In this document: positions 58,920 to 64,000 of the stretch, piece by piece | Layout of the letters: every line of letters begins with the position of its first letter | Position numbering within the stretch: position 1 is the stretch's first letter | NCBI GenBank assembly: GCA_049654165.1 | Contig: JBASHR010000037.1 | Coordinates: forward strand, 16,780-80,779 | DNA: 64,000 nucleotides | Reading direction: 5' to 3' | Origin: Bacteroidales bacterium | GTDB lineage: Bacteria; Bacteroidota; Bacteroidia; Bacteroidales; JAAYJT01 | Position numbers and translations under genes: made by a program | Notes under the pieces: model-generated | Seen by the model: only the letters and a program-made list of their open reading frames with translations | What the model was told of the DNA's origin: nothing | Databases searched by the model: none

Positions 58920-59139
58920 CTATATTAGTGTTGTATACCAACTAAATCCATACCGGTGAATTTTACTTACCCCCGTATAATTCCAACAACGAAAGCTAAA
59001 TTTCTTATCTGTTAACGATCATTATAACAGCCTGATATATTGCCTTGAAAAAAGACAACACCTTAGAATTAACACGAGATTTCAGTATTTTTTGTTCAAT
59101 AAATAAATATTAAAGAAGATAATAAACCAATAATATTTT

Positions 59140-59147
59140 TATTTTTG
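59140..59147 (+). promoter_or_regulatory. -7 element TAnnTTTG upstream of the PUR-like gene
   Basis: TATTTTTG, 40 nt upstream of ATG 59187. Confidence 0.45.
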
Positions 59148-59186
59148 CGGTTTGGATTTGATTTTTGTTAACTAAATTGTTGAAAA

Positions 59187-59546
59187 ATGGAAGAGAAGGA
59201 AGTAAATGAACGTAACGAAAGAAGAGAAGAAGTATTTTCATTGGCAATTCGCGCCGGCAAAAGAACTTATTTCTTTGATGTAAAAGAAACCCGTAACGAA
59301 GAAAAGTATCTTACTATAACCGAAAGCAAAAGGCGGTTCAGTAATGAACAGGGTAAGTTTTACTATGAAAAACATAAGATTTTTCTTTACAAGGAGGACT
59401 TTCGCAAGTTCATTGAAGGACTACAGGGTGTAATTGAGTTTATTGAAACAGGTAAAGTGCCTGAAATTGCTGAAGATTCAGAAGGTCATCATGAGGATAA
59501 CAAATCAGAAGTTGACTTCGAAGATATGGGAAAAGATGAAGAATAA
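59187..59546 (+). CDS. PUR-alpha-like (DUF3276) nucleic-acid-binding protein
   Basis: 119 aa with RAGKRTYFFDVKETRNEEKYLTITESKRR and HKIFLYKEDFRKFIEGL. Confidence 0.6.
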   Translation: MEEKEVNERNERREEVFSLAIRAGKRTYFFDVKETRNEEKYLTITESKRRFSNEQGKFYYEKHKIFLYKEDFRKFIEGLQGVIEFIETGKVPEIAEDSEGHHEDNKSEVDFEDMGKDEE

Positions 59547-59652
59547 TTTCATTGTTCCTCAGTATCCTTTCGTAGCAGGCATTTGAATATTCTACAGCCT
59601 AAAAACTTATTAACAAAAACAGAACCTTTTCCCAAGGCTCATATTATTATTG

Positions 59653-59660
59653 TATTTTTG
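59653..59660 (+). promoter_or_regulatory. -7 element TAnnTTTG upstream of parA
   Basis: TATTTTTG, 78 nt upstream of ATG 59738. Confidence 0.4.
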
Positions 59661-59737
59661 TCGCTAAGCTTTTCTGAAAAAAGCATGATGACATACAATT
59701 GTTTACATTTCACATAAAAAAGTAACCTGCTGTAAAG

Positions 59738-60553
59738 ATGGGTAAAGTAATCACCATAGCCAATCAAAAAGGAGGTGTAGGTAAAACTACAACAGCCATT
59801 AATCTCGGTGCAGGTTTTGCAATACTCGAATATAAAACCCTGCTTATTGATGCTGACCCTCAGGCTAATTCAACTTCAGGGGTAGGATTTGATCCCAAAA
59901 ATATCAAAACCAGTATCTATGAATGTATTATTGATGGGGTTGACCCTAAAAATATAATTTTAAATACCAAAACACCCAATCTTGATCTGATACCTGCACA
60001 TATTGATCTGGTAGGTGCTGAAATAGAAATGATCAATATTCCGAACCGTGAAAAGATGATGAAAAAGCTGACTGACAACCTTCGTGAAGATTATGATTTC
60101 ATTATAATTGACTGTGGTCCTTCCTTGGGTTTAATAACAGTTAACGCTTTAGCAGCAGCCGATTCAGTGATCATTCCCGTTCAGTGCGAGTATTTTGCAC
60201 TTGAAGGATTAGGTAAACTGCTTAATACAATTAAGATCGTACAGTCGAGGCTAAACCCCTCGCTTGATATTGAGGGCATATTGCTTACTATGTACGACTC
60301 ACGTTTACGTCTTTCAAATCAGGTGGTTGAAGAAGTAAAAGCACATTTTCAGCAAATGGTTTTTAACACTATCATAAATCGAAATATACGTTTAAGCGAA
60401 GCACCAAGTTTTGGAGAATCCATAATGATGCACGATGTAAACAGTACCGGTGCCATCAATTACCTTAATCTGGCCAGAGAGATACTTCAGAAGAATGATC
60501 TCACCATGATAAAAAATGCCGATAAAAAAATCCATATCGAAGATGAATTCTAA
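59738..60553 (+). CDS. parA: chromosome partitioning ATPase ParA/Soj
   Basis: 271 aa with the deviant Walker A NQKGGVGKTTT, plus IIIDCGPSLG. Confidence 0.9.
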   Translation: MGKVITIANQKGGVGKTTTAINLGAGFAILEYKTLLIDADPQANSTSGVGFDPKNIKTSIYECIIDGVDPKNIILNTKTPNLDLIPAHIDLVGAEIEMINIPNREKMMKKLTDNLREDYDFIIIDCGPSLGLITVNALAAADSVIIPVQCEYFALEGLGKLLNTIKIVQSRLNPSLDIEGILLTMYDSRLRLSNQVVEEVKAHFQQMVFNTIINRNIRLSEAPSFGESIMMHDVNSTGAINYLNLAREILQKNDLTMIKNADKKIHIEDEF

Positions 60554-61430
60554 AAAGCGTGTCCTTGGGCGTGGATTAAGCGCCATACTTTCAAGTCCTG
60601 AAACTGATATAACATCAAAAGATATATCAGGCGATTTTGTAGCCGGCGCAATTGCCGAGATCAATATTGAACGTATTGATGCCAATCCGTTTCAGCCCCG
60701 CGACATATTTGAAGAAGAAGCTTTAAAAGAACTTGCTGACAGTATTGCCGAACAAGGTATCATACAGCCTGTAACAGTTAGAAAACTTGGCTACGACCGC
60801 TATCAGCTCATTACAGGAGAACGCAGGCTGCGCGCTGCCATTATGGCGGGTCTTGAAAAAGTTCCGGCATATATCAGAGTGGCAAACGATCAGCAAATGC
60901 TTGAACTCGCACTGGTAGAAAATATCCAGCGTCAGGATCTGAACCCATTGGCAGTTGCAATAAGTTTTCAGCGCCTGATTGAAGAATGTAAACTTACCCA
61001 GGAACAACTCAGTGACAGGGTTGGTAAAAGCCGCAGCAATATTGCAAACCATATCCGTTTGCTGAAACTTCCTGTAGAAATACAGATTGCATTGCGCGAC
61101 AACAAGATAAGCATGGGGCACGCCCGGGCAATGATCAATATCAGCGAGCCACAAATTCAGATTGACATTCTTAATAAAATTCTTGCCGAGGGGTTGTCAG
61201 TACGGCAGGTTGAAGAAATTGTAAGAAAACTATCGGATAAAACACCAAATCCGGTAAAACCATCAAAACAGGTTCAGCCCGAAAAGTTAATTAATCTTAA
61301 AAACACTCTTTTACAGAGACTTAGCACGCCTGTTAAGATAAAAATGAATAATAAGGGTAAAGGTCAGATCGTTATTGAATTTAACGATGAGCAGGAATTA
61401 GAGCGAATAGCCGGATTACTCAATAAATAA
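60543..61430 (+). CDS. parB: chromosome partitioning protein ParB/Spo0J
   Basis: Start taken at MNSKKRVLGRGLSAIL (ATG 60543, overlapping the parA end). ParB box IQPVTVRK...YQLITGERRLRAA and an HTH region. Confidence 0.9.
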   Translation: MNSKKRVLGRGLSAILSSPETDITSKDISGDFVAGAIAEINIERIDANPFQPRDIFEEEALKELADSIAEQGIIQPVTVRKLGYDRYQLITGERRLRAAIMAGLEKVPAYIRVANDQQMLELALVENIQRQDLNPLAVAISFQRLIEECKLTQEQLSDRVGKSRSNIANHIRLLKLPVEIQIALRDNKISMGHARAMINISEPQIQIDILNKILAEGLSVRQVEEIVRKLSDKTPNPVKPSKQVQPEKLINLKNTLLQRLSTPVKIKMNNKGKGQIVIEFNDEQELERIAGLLNK

Positions 61431-61442
61431 TCTATCTGTTTT

Positions 61443-62102
61443 ATGTGCCAGAACCTGTCCCTGAAGATGCATGAAATAATACGGGCATCTGGTTTTACGG
61501 GATTAAATACCGGGAAGACTCATTCCTGTTATTTTCTGTGCAAATTCACGACATCATTGAAGATACTGATACTTGTACTGATAACCGCAGGTATCGCAAA
61601 CCCTTTGCAAGCCCAGACAGCAACAGGAACAACAATAGACAAGGAGTCTCATTCTCCAAAAAAGGCTTCAATATATTCAGCAGTTTTGCCCGGACTTGGT
61701 CAGGCTTACAATAAAAAATACTGGAAAATACCTATAATTTATGCCGGTTTTGGAACCATTTATTATATAACCCGGGCAAATACCCTGGAATACCGTAAAT
61801 TTCTTGAAGCCTACCAATATGTGGCAAACAAGGATACTGTCCCGATAAATAATGAATACGTTCATCGTTATTCACAGCAACAGTTAATGCTTGGCAAAAA
61901 TCACTACCGGCGTAATCTGGAGATAGGCTATATTGTTGGCGGTGCTTTTTATATTCTCAATATTATTGATGCAGCAGTTGACGCTCATTTATTTAATTAT
62001 GATGTCAGCGATAATTTAAGTCTGAACATTGAGCCCATTATGCTCCGCGATCCCATAGCTAACAAGCATGTTACAGGCTTGGGTCTTACCTTTAAGTTTT
62101 GA
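61443..62102 (+). CDS. DUF5683-like membrane protein
   Basis: It contains SAVLPGLGQAYNKKYWKIPIIYAGFG. The start is uncertain: a TTG at 61557 would give MKILILVLITAGIANPLQAQ. Confidence 0.55.
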   Translation: MCQNLSLKMHEIIRASGFTGLNTGKTHSCYFLCKFTTSLKILILVLITAGIANPLQAQTATGTTIDKESHSPKKASIYSAVLPGLGQAYNKKYWKIPIIYAGFGTIYYITRANTLEYRKFLEAYQYVANKDTVPINNEYVHRYSQQQLMLGKNHYRRNLEIGYIVGGAFYILNIIDAAVDAHLFNYDVSDNLSLNIEPIMLRDPIANKHVTGLGLTFKF

Positions 62103-62150
62103 TTTACATTTAATTAACTAGAATAAACTGAAAGAAAAATCTTACAAAAC

Positions 62151-62879
62151 ATGAATATAGCGATCATTGGATATGGCAAAATGGGCAAAGAAATTGAGAT
62201 AGTTGCCCGCGAAAAGAAACATCAGATAGTTGCAATAATTGATAATCCAAATGATTGGGAATTGCAGGGCAAGAACCTGACTAATGCTGATATTGCCTTT
62301 GAATTCAGTATCCCGCAAAATGCTGCATCCAATATTTTAAAATGTTTTGAGATGAACCTTCCGGTTGTTTGTGGTACTACAGGATGGCTGGCTCAATATG
62401 AAGAAGTCAGGCAGGTTTGTATTTCAAAAGGTCAGTCATTTTTTTACGCTCCTAATTTCAGCATAGGCGTTAATATTTTCTTTGAAATAAATAAAAAGCT
62501 GGCGCGCCTGATGAAGCCATTTACGGGATATGAAATATCAATTGAAGAGACTCACCACAGCATGAAAGCCGATTCTCCCAGCGGTACTGCCATCCGCCTT
62601 GCCGATGATATAGTTGAAGAAATTGAACATAAAAAAGCCTGGTCGAAAGCTGAAAATCCTGATCCGGATCAGATTGGAATAACATCAATCCGCGAAGGCA
62701 ACATTCCCGGAATACATACTGTTGTTTATGAATCGTCGTTTGATAAAATTGAGATCACTCACAGCGCAAAAAGCCGGAGAGGTTTTGCAATGGGTGCCCT
62801 TATGGCAGGCGAGTGGCTTATTGGCAAAAAAGGAATATTCAGCATGAAAGACCTTCTGGAGATCAATGATAAAAAATAA
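62151..62879 (+). CDS. dapB: 4-hydroxy-tetrahydrodipicolinate reductase
   Basis: 242 aa with MNIAIIGYGKMGK, IEETHHSMKADSPSGTA and HSAKSRRGFAMGAL. Confidence 0.9.
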   Translation: MNIAIIGYGKMGKEIEIVAREKKHQIVAIIDNPNDWELQGKNLTNADIAFEFSIPQNAASNILKCFEMNLPVVCGTTGWLAQYEEVRQVCISKGQSFFYAPNFSIGVNIFFEINKKLARLMKPFTGYEISIEETHHSMKADSPSGTAIRLADDIVEEIEHKKAWSKAENPDPDQIGITSIREGNIPGIHTVVYESSFDKIEITHSAKSRRGFAMGALMAGEWLIGKKGIFSMKDLLEINDKK

Positions 62880-62908
62880 TATTACCATACGATTAAAATA
62901 TTACTGAT

Positions 62909-64000
62909 ATGAACACACTTATAATCCTGATCCTGACTTTTATCTTTTTCCCTGTTCTTCTTTGGAACACTTTTGAAAAAGCCGGTTATAAAGGATTTTA
63001 TTCTGTAATCCCTTTTCTGAATTATTACTACTGGCTCAAAATCATTGATAAACCGATGTGGTGGTATATTTTTCTGCTTATACCATTCATAAATGCTTTT
63101 ATGGTCATGCTTATGATAGTTGAGCTGCTGAAATCGTACAATATGCGTGGCTTACATCAGCAGGCGGCAGCAGTGATATTACCGGTTGTTGTGTTGCCCT
63201 GGCTGGGAATGAAAGATAAAACCTATGTGCACCCTTCGAAATTACCGGTGTACAAGAAATCAGCGTTACGCGAATGGGTTGATGCAATTCTGTTTGCCGT
63301 TATTGCTGCTACTATTATCCGCATGTTCTGGTTTGAAGCCTATACCATACCAACATCATCAATGGAGAAATCATTGCTGGTAGGCGATTTTCTTTTTGTT
63401 TCGAAGATAAGTTACGGTCCGAAAATACCAAATACCCCTATAGCATTTCCTTTTGTGCATCATACAATGCCTCTTTCCAAAACCAGAAAGTCGTATCTTG
63501 AATGGATAAAGCTGCCTTATTATCGTTTCCCGGGACTATCGAAGGTGAAACACGGAGATGCTGTGGTTTTTAACTATCCCGATGGCGACACCGTTGCATT
63601 AAAGGTTCAGAACCAGAGTTATTACGCACTTATCAGGGATTACGGACGACAAAGGGTCTGGAATGATAAAATGACTTTTGGCGAAATAGTGGCACGTCCG
63701 GTTGACAAGCGGGAAAATTACATAAAACGCTGTATTGCAATTCCCGGTGATACATTGCAGATAATCAATCAGGAAGTGTTCATAAATGGTAAAAAACAGG
63801 AACTCCCGCCTTTGGCTCAATCAAAATATTATGTACGAACAAATGGTGCAAGACTGAGCAACCGCCTGCTCAATAAACTCGACATAACCGAAGATGTAAT
63901 GATGTCAGCTCCCGGTGAGTATCATCTTACGCTTACTCAGGCAGCAGCCAAAGAACTGGAAACTAACAGTGAAGTGCTGGAAGTAAAAAACATTGTTTAT
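62909..64000 (+). CDS. lepB: signal peptidase I with N-terminal membrane extension, partial (runs off the window end)
   Basis: ATG 62909. I translated the frame to 64000 and found no stop (364 codons). S26 catalytic Ser box IPTSSMEKSLLVGDFLFVSK and VDKRENYIKRCIAIPGD. Confidence 0.85.
   Translation, partial: MNTLIILILTFIFFPVLLWNTFEKAGYKGFYSVIPFLNYYYWLKIIDKPMWWYIFLLIPFINAFMVMLMIVELLKSYNMRGLHQQAAAVILPVVVLPWLGMKDKTYVHPSKLPVYKKSALREWVDAILFAVIAATIIRMFWFEAYTIPTSSMEKSLLVGDFLFVSKISYGPKIPNTPIAFPFVHHTMPLSKTRKSYLEWIKLPYYRFPGLSKVKHGDAVVFNYPDGDTVALKVQNQSYYALIRDYGRQRVWNDKMTFGEIVARPVDKRENYIKRCIAIPGDTLQIINQEVFINGKKQELPPLAQSKYYVRTNGARLSNRLLNKLDITEDVMMSAPGEYHLTLTQAAAKELETNSEVLEVKNIVY

Noticed and set aside
59547-59737. 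Replication origin or parS site near parAB.
   Set aside because: I saw no cluster of TTATCCACA-like DnaA boxes; only isolated near-matches occur inside coding regions, such as atatccaca around 36850. I also found no TGTTNCACGTGAAACA-like parS by eye. This was a manual scan, so a computational search could still find degenerate sites.
1-64000. tRNA, rRNA, tmRNA, RNase P RNA or a riboswitch in the intergenic regions.
   Set aside because: I noticed no T-arm-like GGTTCGAATCC motifs, rRNA-like stretches or recognisable riboswitch cores in the non-coding gaps. This is a by-eye negative and should be confirmed with tRNAscan-SE and Infernal.

Overview
The window reads as a Bacteroidota chromosomal segment. 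Support for that: TAnnTTTG -7 promoter boxes, three proteins with T9SS C-terminal sorting domains, L31 type B, a Rho with a long N-terminal insertion, and parA-parB-DUF5683-dapB-lepB synteny. About 50 protein-coding genes are supported. Most are housekeeping: guaB, prfA, pyrF, lpdA, rplS, lon, rpmE2, rho, znuACB-like, ispG, rarA, gpsA-like, parAB, dapB and lepB. I found no tRNA, rRNA, CRISPR array, IS element or prophage.

Four things stand out:
1. A family of GC-rich hairpin modules forms two large BIME-like mosaic arrays (about 24.5-25.55 kb and 38.8-39.35 kb). Solo or paired copies sit at other gene ends (6.5, 12.45-12.56 and 33.74 kb). This is the structure least explained by the ORF track, and I cannot match it to a described family.
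2. A roughly 6-kb AT-rich accessory segment (6.5-12.6 kb) carries a lipoprotein gene and a 1084-aa LRR/T9SS cargo gene. The cargo's Sec signal peptide is cut off by one in-frame TAA, and the leader plus signal-peptide DNA is duplicated upstream of the neighbouring gene.
3. A low-GC type II restriction-modification islet (48.2-50.5 kb) has an endonuclease interrupted by one in-frame TAG. Its SPPY methyltransferase carries a C-terminal SNase-like domain that has lost the catalytic residues.
4. Smaller regulatory oddities are listed in the findings.

All protein calls rest on motifs and family resemblance recognised by eye. No database search, HMM or folding computation was run.
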